A stretch of 52,040 nt of DNA from Clostridiales bacterium (GCA_016281405.1 JAEEIO010000045.1:1-52040), one strand, 5' to 3'. Positions 17,750 through 26,655 are shown, counted from the stretch's first letter. Notes: generated from the sequence alone by a model not told the origin. Numbers and translations: made by a program.

Positions 17750-19096
17750 ATGGGACTTATAAAAGCAATCACCGGCGCCGTGGGCGGCGTGCTTGCCGAT
17801 CAGTGGAAGGAATTCTTCTATTGTGAAGCTCTTCCCGCAGACGTTCTCGTCACCAAGGGCGTAAAACGCACCGGAAACCGCACCTCGAACACCAAAGCGA
17901 GCGACAATATCATCAGTAACGGCTCGGGCATCGCGGTTGCCGACGGCCAGTGCATGATCATAGTCGAGCAGGGCAAAATAGTCGAGGTCTGCGCCGAACC
18001 CGGCGAATTCACCTACGACACCTCTACCGAGCCGAGCATCTTCGCCGGAAGCCTCGGCAAGTCGATAATCGAGACCTTCAAGACTATCGGCAAGCGTTTC
18101 ACCTTCGGCGGCGACACCGCGAAGGATCAGCGCGTCTATTACTTCAACACCAAGGAAATCACCGACAACAAGTTCGGCACCGCCAATCCCGTTCCCTTCA
18201 AGGTCGTCATAAACGAGGCCCTCGGCTTCAAGCTTTCCGTAGACCTCCGCATGAACGGCGTCTATTCCTATAAGATAGTCGACCCGCTCCTCTTCTACAC
18301 CAACGTCAGCGGAAACGTCGCGAGCGAATACAGAAGAAGCGAGATCGACGCCATGTTAAAGGGCGAGCTCGTCATGGCCCTTCAGCCCGCTCTTGCAACC
18401 CTTTCGGCGGCCGGCGTCTCCTACGATCAGATACCCGCCCACACCAGAGAAGTCCGCGACGCTCTTAACGTCGAGCTCAAAAACGACTGGGGCAAGCGCG
18501 GCATCGAAGTCTTCTCGATGAATATCGGCGTGCCGTCGATACCCGAGGAGCAGAGAGCCAAGATAACCGAGTGGGAAGAAACCTCCATGACCTTGAATCC
18601 CAACGTCGGCGCCGCCCGTATGGTCGGCGGACAGATCTCGGCCATGAACAAGGCCGCCGAGAACGAAGGCGGAGCTATGACCGGCTTTATGGGTATGGGT
18701 ATGGCGATGAACGCAGGCGGCAACAGCGCCGCTCAGAACCTCTACGCCATGGGCGCCACTCAGCCCGTGCAGCAGCAGGCCCCCGCCGCCCCCGCTCCCG
18801 CGGCCGCGGCAGTCGTCGGTTGGACCTGCCCCAAGTGCGGCAAAGAAGGCCAGACCGGCAAGTTCTGCGCCGACTGCGGCGCGGCCCGTCCCGAAGAGGC
18901 GTCCTACTGGACCTGCCCCAAGTGCGGAGCCAAATGCACCGGCAAGTTCTGCCCCGAGTGCGGCGAGAAGAAGCCCGCCGCGGCGCCCCTCTACAAGTGC
19001 GATAAATGCGGCTACGAACCCGAGGATCCCTACAATCCTCCCAAGTTCTGCCCTGAGTGCGGCGACCCCTTCACCGACGGCGATATAGTTAAATAA
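17750..19096 (+). CDS. SPFH/band-7 family (YdjI / virion-core-protein-like) protein with a low-complexity linker and C-terminal zinc ribbons
   Basis: N-terminus MGLIKAITGAVGGVLADQWKEFFYCEALPADVLV is typical of the COG4260 SPFH family. The C-terminus has repeated CPKCG...KFC(A/P)(D/E)CG ribbons after an A/P/Q-rich linker. Confidence 0.8.
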   Translation: MGLIKAITGAVGGVLADQWKEFFYCEALPADVLVTKGVKRTGNRTSNTKASDNIISNGSGIAVADGQCMIIVEQGKIVEVCAEPGEFTYDTSTEPSIFAGSLGKSIIETFKTIGKRFTFGGDTAKDQRVYYFNTKEITDNKFGTANPVPFKVVINEALGFKLSVDLRMNGVYSYKIVDPLLFYTNVSGNVASEYRRSEIDAMLKGELVMALQPALATLSAAGVSYDQIPAHTREVRDALNVELKNDWGKRGIEVFSMNIGVPSIPEEQRAKITEWEETSMTLNPNVGAARMVGGQISAMNKAAENEGGAMTGFMGMGMAMNAGGNSAAQNLYAMGATQPVQQQAPAAPAPAAAAVVGWTCPKCGKEGQTGKFCADCGAARPEEASYWTCPKCGAKCTGKFCPECGEKKPAAAPLYKCDKCGYEPEDPYNPPKFCPECGDPFTDGDIVK

Positions 19097-19111
19097 TTGC
19101 AAAACGCGCCT

Positions 19112-19142
19112 GCCGCCCGTCTTTTGACGGGCGGCTTTTTTT
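19112..19142. terminator. Bidirectional rho-independent terminator
   Basis: gccgcccgtc-ttttg-acgggcggc stem followed by T7. It lies between the convergent SPFH gene and the small minus-strand peptide gene. Confidence 0.8.
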
Positions 19143-19152
19143 ATGTTTTCGC

Positions 19153-19302
19153 TTAGAAATTGCTGTTGGCGCAATTGCAGCCGCTTCCGAGCGAGTTGCA
19201 GCCGCAGCCCTTATCGCCGTTAAAGAAGAGAAGAACGACTATGGCGGCGATGAAGATCCAGAAGAGAGTGCCGTTGGTGAGGCAGTTGTTATCGGTGCAC
19301 AT
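19153..19302 (-). CDS. 49-aa Cys/Gly/Asn-rich single-pass membrane peptide, possibly similar to YjcZ-like tiny sporulation proteins
   Basis: It is below the track's size cut-off and was translated by hand: MCTDNNCLTNGTLFWIFIAAIVVLLFFNGDKGCGCNSLGSGCNCANSNF. It has a perfect GGAGGT RBS 7 nt upstream of the ATG and a terminator downstream. Confidence 0.6.
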   Translation of the reverse strand: MCTDNNCLTNGTLFWIFIAAIVVLLFFNGDKGCGCNSLGSGCNCANSNF

Positions 19303-19309
19303 CGTGGTG

Positions 19310-19356
19310 ACCTCCTTTCCTTATAGTTCCATTCTATGAGGAAGGAGGTTTTTTTG
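19310..19356. promoter_or_regulatory. Stem-loop plus T-run. It reads as an intrinsic terminator on the + strand and as an RBS-sequestering 5'UTR hairpin for the small peptide on the - strand
   Basis: acctcctttcc (19310-19320) pairs with ggaaggaggt (19340-19349) and is followed by T8. The left arm is the complement of the peptide gene's Shine-Dalgarno sequence. Confidence 0.5.
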
Positions 19357-19429
19357 TTAATCGTTGCAGTTCTTTGCAGTTTGCGGGCGGTAAAATCATG
19401 GTGCAAACGAAAAGGGAAGGAGGATAAAA

Positions 19430-19777
19430 ATGAAAGGTCTTACCAAAAAGGTCGTCGTGAACAGACTGTTACGCTACGTCGCCTCCGTTTCGGGAAACGA
19501 GGACGAGATACCCACGGCGGCGGGTATGGCGAACTACCTCGGCATGACGAAGGAGGAGCTTTTCGCCCTCGAACGCTCGGAGGACGCCGACGTCAGAAAG
19601 GCTTACTGCAAGGCGATGAACGACCTCGAGCATTTTCTGCTGTCGGGCGCGGCTTTCAAGCGGATAAACTCGTCGCTCGCGGCCCTTTGCCTTAAAAATC
19701 TCTTCGGCTACGGCAAGGAGTCCGACGGCGACGACGACCTCGATCTCACTCTCACCGTGGCGGGTGAGAAAAAGTGA
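19430..19777 (+). CDS. Terminase small subunit-like DNA-packaging protein
   Basis: 115 aa with an HTH-like segment (TAAGMANYLGMTKEELFAL) and an acidic C-terminus. It sits directly upstream of TerL and overlaps it. RBS GGAAGGAGG. Confidence 0.65.
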   Translation: MKGLTKKVVVNRLLRYVASVSGNEDEIPTAAGMANYLGMTKEELFALERSEDADVRKAYCKAMNDLEHFLLSGAAFKRINSSLAALCLKNLFGYGKESDGDDDLDLTLTVAGEKK

Positions 19778-21111
19778 AGCGGGAGATAGAGGTCACCGAA
19801 AAACAGGCCGCCTTCATAAAGACCGACGCCGACGAGGTCTTTTTCGGCGGCGCGGCGGGCGGCGGCAAGTCCTGCGCGCAGGTCATAGACGCCCTCTTTT
19901 TCGCGTATTCGCACGCGGGCTCAAGGCAGCTGGTTTTGCGCCGCACCTTTCCCGAGCTTGAGCGGAGCATCGTGCCGTTATGCCGCAGGTTTTATCCGAA
20001 AGAGGCGGGCAAATACATCTCGTCAAAGCACGTCTGGCGTTTCAAAAACGGCTCATTGATAGAGCTCGGCTACCTCGAGGCCGAGGAGGACGTCACGAGG
20101 TATCAGTCGGCCGAATACGACGTCATCCGTTTCGACGAGCTGACGCACTTCACAGAAAGCCAGTATCTCTATATGCTCTCGCGCCTTCGCGGCGCAAACG
20201 GTTTTCCGAAGCAGATGAAGTCGACGGGCAACCCCGGCGGCGTCGGCCACGCCTTCGTCAAAAAGCGGTTTATAGACGATCCCGACGCCGTGGTAAACGG
20301 CAGGCGTTTTCAGTTCATCCCGTCCTTCGTGCGGGATAACCGCTTTCTCACCGAGGCCGACCCCGGCTACGAAAAGCGGCTTTCGGAGCTTCCCGAAAAG
20401 GAGCGCCGCCGCCTTCTCGAAGGCGACTGGAACTTTTTCGACGGCGCCTATTTCTCGGAGTTTTCGCCCGCCGTCCATATCGTAAAGCCTTTCGATCTGA
20501 GCGGCTATACCCGTTTCCGCTCGCTCGACTACGGTCTCGACATGACCGCCTGTCTTTGGTGGGCGGTCGACGCCAAGGGCGACATGTATATTTACCGCGA
20601 GCTTTACGAAAGCGGCCTGACGCTTTCGCAGGCGGCCGAAAGAATAACGGAGCGCACGCCGCCGTTTGAGGATATAGTCTACACCGTCGCCTCGCCCGAC
20701 CTTTGGAACAGAAGGCAGGAAAGCGGCTTTTCGGGCGCCGAGATAATGTATTCGGCGGGTCTTACAGGTCTCATTCCCGCCGACAGCGGCCGCGTGAGAG
20801 GACTTAGGAGGCTACGCGAGCTTTTGCGGTGCGACGGCGGCACCTCGCCGAAGCTTCGCTTTTTCGAGGGATGCTGCCCCAACCTCGTGAGGTGCCTCCC
20901 GCTTCTGCGCCACTCCGACCGCGACCCCGAGGACGTCGCGGGAGAGCCGCACGAGATAACCCACGCGCCCGAATCCCTTCGCTACGGCGCGATGTCGCGC
21001 CCGTCCGTCCCCGAAAAGGGGACGCCCGCTCCCTCGGAGCGAAGCTTCGGCGACCCGTTCGCGAAAGACGCGGACGACGGCGCGCCGAGCTACCAATATC
21101 TTTACTGTTAG
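19774..21111 (+). CDS. Terminase large subunit
   Basis: Walker A GGAAGGGKS, Walker B/coupling YDVIRFDELTHF, and a C-terminal RNase-H-like nuclease segment (SLDYGLDMTACLWWAVDAKGDMYIYRE). Confidence 0.9.
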   Translation: MKREIEVTEKQAAFIKTDADEVFFGGAAGGGKSCAQVIDALFFAYSHAGSRQLVLRRTFPELERSIVPLCRRFYPKEAGKYISSKHVWRFKNGSLIELGYLEAEEDVTRYQSAEYDVIRFDELTHFTESQYLYMLSRLRGANGFPKQMKSTGNPGGVGHAFVKKRFIDDPDAVVNGRRFQFIPSFVRDNRFLTEADPGYEKRLSELPEKERRRLLEGDWNFFDGAYFSEFSPAVHIVKPFDLSGYTRFRSLDYGLDMTACLWWAVDAKGDMYIYRELYESGLTLSQAAERITERTPPFEDIVYTVASPDLWNRRQESGFSGAEIMYSAGLTGLIPADSGRVRGLRRLRELLRCDGGTSPKLRFFEGCCPNLVRCLPLLRHSDRDPEDVAGEPHEITHAPESLRYGAMSRPSVPEKGTPAPSERSFGDPFAKDADDGAPSYQYLYC

Positions 21112-21121
21112 GAGAGAAAAA

Positions 21122-21304
21122 ATGGAACTTTTTTGCATAGGCCTTTCGGCGGGCGTCGCCCTGTCGGCTGTATTCGCCATTTTAAGCGGCTGCCTTTGGC
21201 GTCGCGCCCGGAACAAAAAGGCCGCGAAGGACGCCGACGCATACTATGCCGCCGACGAAGAGATCGAAGCCATAATGAACTATAACGGAGAGGAAACGAA
21301 ATGA
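21122..21304 (+). CDS. Small single-pass membrane protein (60 aa) between TerL and portal
   Basis: One hydrophobic helix (LFCIGLSAGVALSAVFAILSGCLW) followed by a charged tail. It overlaps the portal start by 4 nt. Coding status is plausible but unproven. Confidence 0.45.
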   Translation: MELFCIGLSAGVALSAVFAILSGCLWRRARNKKAAKDADAYYAADEEIEAIMNYNGEETK

Positions 21305-22809
21305 GAAAAATAAAAGACGAAGCCTTCACCCGCGACTGGGGACTTTACGTGAAAGGCGCCGACTGGCTGTCGACGACGGGCTACAGGACGTCCGCCCGTA
21401 AAAACGAGCGTTTTTACAGAGGCGATCAGTGGGCGGGCGTCAAGGCGGGCAATCTCCCGACCCCCGTCTTCAACATTTTCAAGCGCATTACCGACTACGT
21501 CGTCTCCTACGTCGCATCGTCGCCCGTAAAAATCAGCTTCACCGCCGACGACAGGGAAGCGGGCGAGCTCTTGGGTCTCGAGTGCGAAGCCGCGTGGGAA
21601 AAGGACAAGATGGATAAAAAAATAAGAAAAGCTCTTCTTGACGCCGCCATCACGGGCGATATGTGCGCCCACGTCTACTGGGACGGCAAAGAGGGACGTC
21701 CGGGCGGCGCCTTCGGCAATTTCAGGACGGAGATACTTGACGCCGAAAACGTCTTTTTCGGCGACGTGACGACGCCCGAGGTCGAGCGCCAGCCCTATAT
21801 CCTGATAGCGGGCCGCGCCTTTACCTCCGAACTCATCGGCGAGGCGAAGGCGGCGGGCGTCCCCAAAAAAGAGGCCGAAAAGATAGTCCCCGACTCCGAT
21901 ACCTATTCGGTCGAGACCTCCGACGGCACGCCCCGCACAACCTACGTCGTCGTCTACCGCAAGGGTAAGGACGGCTTTATTCATTACAGCAAATCGACCC
22001 GCGAGGCGGTCATAAGAGAGGACGTAAACACGGGCCTTCGCCGCTATCCCGTGGCGTTTGCCAACTGGACGGAGAAGAAGGGGAGCTTCCACGGCGAAAG
22101 CTTCTGCGGCGGCATCGTCCCCAATCAGATATTCATAAACAAAATGTTCGCCATGTCGATGAAGAGCCTCATGGACACCGCCTTCCCCAAGGCCGTCTAC
22201 GACAAGACCAGGGTTTCGGGCTGGACCAACGCCGTCGGCACCGCCATCGGTGTCAACGGCGACGTCTCGGGCGTGGCGAAATACCTCGAGGGCAAGGGCA
22301 TAGACCCCGACGCCATGACCGTCGCCGACAGGACGATAAAATACACCGAGGAGTGCCTCGGCGCGACCGACGTCTTACTCGGACAGAGCATCCGTCCCGA
22401 CAACGCCGCCGCCATAGCGGCCCTCGGCCAGAACGCCGCGATCCCGATGGAGCTTATAAGGCAAAGCCTTTACGATTTCATCGAGGACGTCGCGCTTATC
22501 TGGCTCGACTTCTTGAAGACCAAGTTCACGGCCGAAAAGACGATAACCGTCGAAAAGGACGGCAAGCTCGAAACGCTCCGCTATCTGCCCGAGATAATAA
22601 GAAGGGCGGAGGCGAGAGTAAAGATAGACGTCGGCCCGTCGGCCTACATCTCCGAGCTTTCGTCCGTCGGCGTGCTCGGAAACCTATACTCTTCCGGCGC
22701 CATCAACGCCGTTCAGTATATAGAGCGTTTACCGAAGGGCTACGTCCCCGCGGCAAACGAGCTTATCGAAGAGCTTTCCTCCCACCCCGAGGAAAAAAGC
22801 GATATGTGA
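21301..22809 (+). CDS. Phage portal protein
   Basis: 502 aa, positioned after TerL. The N-terminal ERFYRGDQW motif is typical of SPP1/other portal families. Confidence 0.8.
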   Translation: MRKIKDEAFTRDWGLYVKGADWLSTTGYRTSARKNERFYRGDQWAGVKAGNLPTPVFNIFKRITDYVVSYVASSPVKISFTADDREAGELLGLECEAAWEKDKMDKKIRKALLDAAITGDMCAHVYWDGKEGRPGGAFGNFRTEILDAENVFFGDVTTPEVERQPYILIAGRAFTSELIGEAKAAGVPKKEAEKIVPDSDTYSVETSDGTPRTTYVVVYRKGKDGFIHYSKSTREAVIREDVNTGLRRYPVAFANWTEKKGSFHGESFCGGIVPNQIFINKMFAMSMKSLMDTAFPKAVYDKTRVSGWTNAVGTAIGVNGDVSGVAKYLEGKGIDPDAMTVADRTIKYTEECLGATDVLLGQSIRPDNAAAIAALGQNAAIPMELIRQSLYDFIEDVALIWLDFLKTKFTAEKTITVEKDGKLETLRYLPEIIRRAEARVKIDVGPSAYISELSSVGVLGNLYSSGAINAVQYIERLPKGYVPAANELIEELSSHPEEKSDM

Positions 22810-22823
22810 AAGGAGCGACATAA

Positions 22824-23438
22824 ATGGATGAGAAGATACCCGAAGCTGAGCCCTTCCGCCTCAAAGTGAAATACAACCACGAGGAGATGTATCTCCCCGA
22901 GGACGAGGCGGCGGCCCTCGCGCAAAAGGGCATGAACTACGACAAGCTTCAGAAAAGCTACGAGGAGTTGAAAAACGACAGAAGCGCCGACCTTTTGGAC
23001 GAGCTTACGAAAGAATACGGCTTTGAAAACAGAGCCGAGTTTCTTGAGACGCTTAAGAAAGGGACGTCCGACGACTCCGACGGCGAGCTCAAAGCCTTTC
23101 TTCGGGAAAACCCCGACCTCGACCCCCGCTCCGTCCCCGACGAGGTGATAACCGATTACCTCGGCGGCAAAAGCATATCCGAAAGCTATCTCCGCCACCG
23201 TCTGACCAAAGAAAAGGAGAGTCTGCAGACGGAGATAGAAAGACTCCGCTCTCTTCTCGAAATAAAGGAAGAGAACGCGAGAAACGCCGAAACGGCAAAC
23301 GGGTCTTTGGCCTCCGCGGCGCCCGCGGCGGGAGAGTATTACAGCTCCGACGAGCTTGACGCTCTCTCCGACAGCGAGCTTGAGCATAACCTCGAACGCG
23401 CCGTCAGGTCGATGAGCAGACTTTCCGGAAAACTATAA
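22824..23438 (+). CDS. Capsid scaffolding protein
   Basis: 204 aa, highly charged and helical (E/K/L/D-rich). It lies between the portal and major capsid genes. Confidence 0.65.
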   Translation: MDEKIPEAEPFRLKVKYNHEEMYLPEDEAAALAQKGMNYDKLQKSYEELKNDRSADLLDELTKEYGFENRAEFLETLKKGTSDDSDGELKAFLRENPDLDPRSVPDEVITDYLGGKSISESYLRHRLTKEKESLQTEIERLRSLLEIKEENARNAETANGSLASAAPAAGEYYSSDELDALSDSELEHNLERAVRSMSRLSGKL

Positions 23439-23456
23439 TCAAAGGAGAAAAACAAA

Positions 23457-24284
23457 ATGGCATACACAACTTTCAAACCCAAGATATGGGCCAAGGCGAT
23501 CGAAAGGGAGAGAGACACCCTCTCCGTCGGCGCCGCTCTCTGCAACAGGAGCTATGAGAAGGACGTCGCCAACATGGGCAACTCCATCCAGATAAACTGG
23601 ACCAGGCGTCCCACCGTCAGGAGCTACACCGTCGGCACCGACATCACCGCTCCCGAGGTCCTCGAGGGAATCGGTTCGGCCGTCCTCGAACTCAATCAGC
23701 TCAAATACGTCAACTTTATGGTCGACGACGTCGACGAGCTTCAGTCGGCTCCCGACATAATGGAGAGCTGCATGCACGAGGCCTCCGCGGCCATAGCCGC
23801 CGACGCCGACAAATACGTCTACGGCCTCTACGCCGACGCGGGCTCCAGCATCACCAACTTTGGGGTAAACAACCTCAACATCACCGACGTGATCTCGCAG
23901 GCCGCGCAGACGCTCTACGAGCACGACGTCCCGCAGAACGAGGAAATTTTCCTCGAGGTCTCGCCCGAGATCTATCAGATCATGTGGCAGGCCAAGATAC
24001 TCCGCGAAACCCCCAACGGCGACGCCTTCGGAAGCGGCTTCGTGGGCATGTACGACAACTTTAAGGTCTACATGAGCAACTGCCTCACAAAGGATGCCGC
24101 CGGCGCAACCTACTGCTTCGCCAGAACGAGAAAGGCCATAGCCTTCGTCGGTCAGATGAAGAAGATGGAAGCCTATCGCCCCGAGGGCCTCTTCGCCGAC
24201 GCGGTCAAGGGACTCCACGTCTACGGCGCCAAGGTCGTCCGCCCGGACGAGCTTGTCGTTCTCAAGCTAAAGAAGGCGTCCTAA
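23457..24284 (+). CDS. Major capsid protein (HK97-fold type, small)
   Basis: 275 aa with a strong RBS (AAAGGAG) and a conserved position after the scaffold. The N-terminus MAYTTFKPKIWAKAIERE... resembles podophage/P22-like coat families. A strong stem-loop follows. Confidence 0.75.
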   Translation: MAYTTFKPKIWAKAIERERDTLSVGAALCNRSYEKDVANMGNSIQINWTRRPTVRSYTVGTDITAPEVLEGIGSAVLELNQLKYVNFMVDDVDELQSAPDIMESCMHEASAAIAADADKYVYGLYADAGSSITNFGVNNLNITDVISQAAQTLYEHDVPQNEEIFLEVSPEIYQIMWQAKILRETPNGDAFGSGFVGMYDNFKVYMSNCLTKDAAGATYCFARTRKAIAFVGQMKKMEAYRPEGLFADAVKGLHVYGAKVVRPDELVVLKLKKAS

Positions 24285-24296
24285 CGACGTTAAAAC

Positions 24297-24326
24297 GCCG
24301 CCGTCCTCACTTTTGAGGACGGCGGC
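24297..24326 (+). terminator. 13-bp GC-rich stem-loop just after the capsid gene; a partial terminator or RNA-stabilising element
   Basis: gccgccgtcctca-cttt-tgaggacggcggc with no T-run afterwards. Confidence 0.5.
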
Positions 24327-24352
24327 CAACCCGACAAAAAGAGGTGTAAAAA

Positions 24353-24955
24353 ATGTCAACTACCGTAAACGACGTCTTCCTTCGCGCAATGGCTTTGTGC
24401 GACTGCCTTGACGAAAACGGACAGGTCATAAACGCCGACCACACGGCGATATTTGCCGCCAGGGCGCCGATGCTCTGCGACGCCGCCCAGCGCGGACTTT
24501 TATATTACGCCGCCTACTATAAGACGACTACCTTCGTCTTCACCGCCGAGGGGGCGGGCACCCTCCCCATACCCGACGACTACGTCGCCACGGTGCGCCT
24601 CCTTTGCGACGGCGTCGACGCGACGGGCTTCGGAAGTCCCGTGAGGATCGTCGGCCGCAACTTCGTCAAGGACCGCGGCTACGCGGGCACGGTCACCTTT
24701 CATTATCAGGCTTTTCCCGCCGAGGTGACCGCCCTGTCGAGCCTTTTTTCATATCCCGACGGCGTGATACTCGCCACCCTTCCTTACTATCTCGCCTCGG
24801 TCTTTCTCGAGGACGAAGACCCCTCGCTTTCGAAATATTACGCCGACGCCTACGAAAAGGCGCGCCTCGCGATAAAGACGGCCTCCTTCCAGTCGGAGTT
24901 TTACGAGATAGGCGACGCGGTCGGAACGGAGTGTGGAAGCTGTGGCGCGAACTGA
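24353..24955 (+). CDS. Phage structural protein, possibly a head-to-tail adaptor (in the position of T7 gp11)
   Basis: 200 aa, directly after the MCP. The N-terminal VNDVFLRAMAL...AAQRGLLYY loosely recalls the N-terminus of podovirus adaptor / tail tubular protein A, from memory only. Confidence 0.4.
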   Translation: MSTTVNDVFLRAMALCDCLDENGQVINADHTAIFAARAPMLCDAAQRGLLYYAAYYKTTTFVFTAEGAGTLPIPDDYVATVRLLCDGVDATGFGSPVRIVGRNFVKDRGYAGTVTFHYQAFPAEVTALSSLFSYPDGVILATLPYYLASVFLEDEDPSLSKYYADAYEKARLAIKTASFQSEFYEIGDAVGTECGSCGAN

Positions 24956-26624
24956 TACCGCGGTCGAGATAGACCGCTTTTTAGGCATAAACGACGACGC
25001 CGCAAACTCGGGCAGACAGGGCGAGGCGGCCGCCATGAGCAACTTTTTCATAACACGCGAGGGCAAGCTTCGGAAACGAAACGGCATAAACCGTATTTCG
25101 CGTAACGGCGTGACGGGAAAAGTGCTCGACGTCGTGGAGTTTGCAACGACCACACTCGCGACCTATTCCTTTTTCGTCCTCACCGAGACGGCGCTCTGGG
25201 GTTATAACCTTACGACCCGTTCCTTCGCCGCGGTTTACAACCGTCCCGTGGCGGGGCCGGGCGCCGTCTTCGAAAAAGACGACCGCCTTTACCTTATAGG
25301 CGCGGGCGACTTCGTCCGCTTCGACAGAAACCTCGGCTGCGAGTCCGTCGAGCCCTATATCCCGACGGTAAACATCGGAAAAAACTCTTCGGGCACGGTA
25401 TTCACGCCCTACGAAAAGCCGAACAGGCTGACGTCAACCGTCCGCGAGGAGTTCACGACCGACGACGACGCGACCGTCTACAAAATGAAGTATAAAAACA
25501 TATCCGACGTGTCGGTGACGGGCATGAGTTTATTACCCTCCTACACCGTCAACTCGGAAAACGGATATATCACCTTCGCCTACACTCCCGCCCCGGGCGG
25601 CAGGATAACCGTTACCTACACGACCGCCGATCTCGCGGGACGCGATACCGCGATCAAAAACGCGGCGGGCGCCGTCTTTTTCGGCGGCACGGGCGACGGC
25701 GACCTCTTCGTCTGGAACGGGACCGACAACCTCCGCTATTACACAGAGGGCGGCGACGTCTCCTATTTCCCCGAGGACAACTGCGACACCGTCGGCAACG
25801 GTAAAATCGAGGACATGGTGAGATATTACGGCAAAATGCTCGTCTTCACGACCGACGGCATCTTCTCGAGCGTTTTCGAGGCGTCCCCGGAGGGCGATAT
25901 AAGCTATCCGACGACCCTCATAAACTCAGACTGCCGCTACCTCTCGTCGAAGGTCGTCACGGCGGACAACCACCCCGTGTTTATCAGTATGTCGAAGCTG
26001 AAGCGGGTCGTCTCGACATCGGTCCTGGGCGAGAAAAACGTCGAGACCGTGAGCGGCAGGATCGAAAGGACTTTGATCTCGCTCGGCGCGTCGGACGTCT
26101 TTTCGGTCGAGTCGCGCGGCGAGGTATGGATAACGGCGACGGGCTCCGTCATCGTCTGGAACACGGAGCAAAACGTCTTTTACCGCCTCGACGGCTTCAA
26201 CGCCGCCTACGTTTTCGACCTCGCCGCGGGCGTCCGCTTCATCGACTCGGACGGAAAGCTCTGCGTCTTCACCTACGGATACTCCGACATAGACGGCGAA
26301 GGGAACGAGACTCCCGTCTCGGCCTACTGCTACCTCGCGGGACTCGATTTCGGTCTGCCGTTTTCGGTAAAACGCCTAAACGACGTCTATATCGAAACGG
26401 GCAAGGAGGAGACTGAGGGCGGCGAAATAGCCGTCGTGACGGGCGGCGCGGGCGCGGCCGCGACGGTGAGCATAACCGCGGGCGGAATCTGCCGCAAAAA
26501 GCTTTCGGGCGAGCGCTTCGTTTCGCTCGACCTCATGATAAGGTCGGAAGGCGAAGGCGAGAGTCTGACCGTCAGAAAGACGGCGGTGGGCGCGACCCGC
26601 CTCGGCGGCGTCAAGCGCGGTTAA
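24933..26624 (+). CDS. Phage structural protein, beta-rich, possibly a nozzle / tail tubular protein B analogue
   Basis: A ~560-aa ORF with recurring strand-turn motifs (LYLIGAGDF, LFVWNGTDN, MLVFTTDGIF, VWITATGSVIVWN, KLCVFTYG). The start is uncertain: either GTG at 24933, which overlaps the previous gene, or ATG at 25035. Confidence 0.4.
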   Translation: MEAVARTDTAVEIDRFLGINDDAANSGRQGEAAAMSNFFITREGKLRKRNGINRISRNGVTGKVLDVVEFATTTLATYSFFVLTETALWGYNLTTRSFAAVYNRPVAGPGAVFEKDDRLYLIGAGDFVRFDRNLGCESVEPYIPTVNIGKNSSGTVFTPYEKPNRLTSTVREEFTTDDDATVYKMKYKNISDVSVTGMSLLPSYTVNSENGYITFAYTPAPGGRITVTYTTADLAGRDTAIKNAAGAVFFGGTGDGDLFVWNGTDNLRYYTEGGDVSYFPEDNCDTVGNGKIEDMVRYYGKMLVFTTDGIFSSVFEASPEGDISYPTTLINSDCRYLSSKVVTADNHPVFISMSKLKRVVSTSVLGEKNVETVSGRIERTLISLGASDVFSVESRGEVWITATGSVIVWNTEQNVFYRLDGFNAAYVFDLAAGVRFIDSDGKLCVFTYGYSDIDGEGNETPVSAYCYLAGLDFGLPFSVKRLNDVYIETGKEETEGGEIAVVTGGAGAAATVSITAGGICRKKLSGERFVSLDLMIRSEGEGESLTVRKTAVGATRLGGVKRG

Positions 26625-26655
26625 AATGCCGTAAAGACGGCTGAAAGGAGTAAAA

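Noticed and set aside
19336-19695. 119-aa ORF overlapping the TerS gene in another frame
   Set aside because: It is Arg/Gly-rich and lacks an RBS. The 19430 frame has a strong GGAAGGAGG RBS and a TerS-like sequence coupled to TerL.
16885-24218. Series of long minus-strand ORFs (16885-17694, 18356-19174, 20053-20478, 21280-22092, 22740-23387, 23439-24218)
   Set aside because: All lie antisense to well-supported plus-strand genes (lipoprotein, SPFH, TerL, portal, scaffold, MCP). Their translations are Gly/Arg/Val/Ala-rich junk with no RBS.
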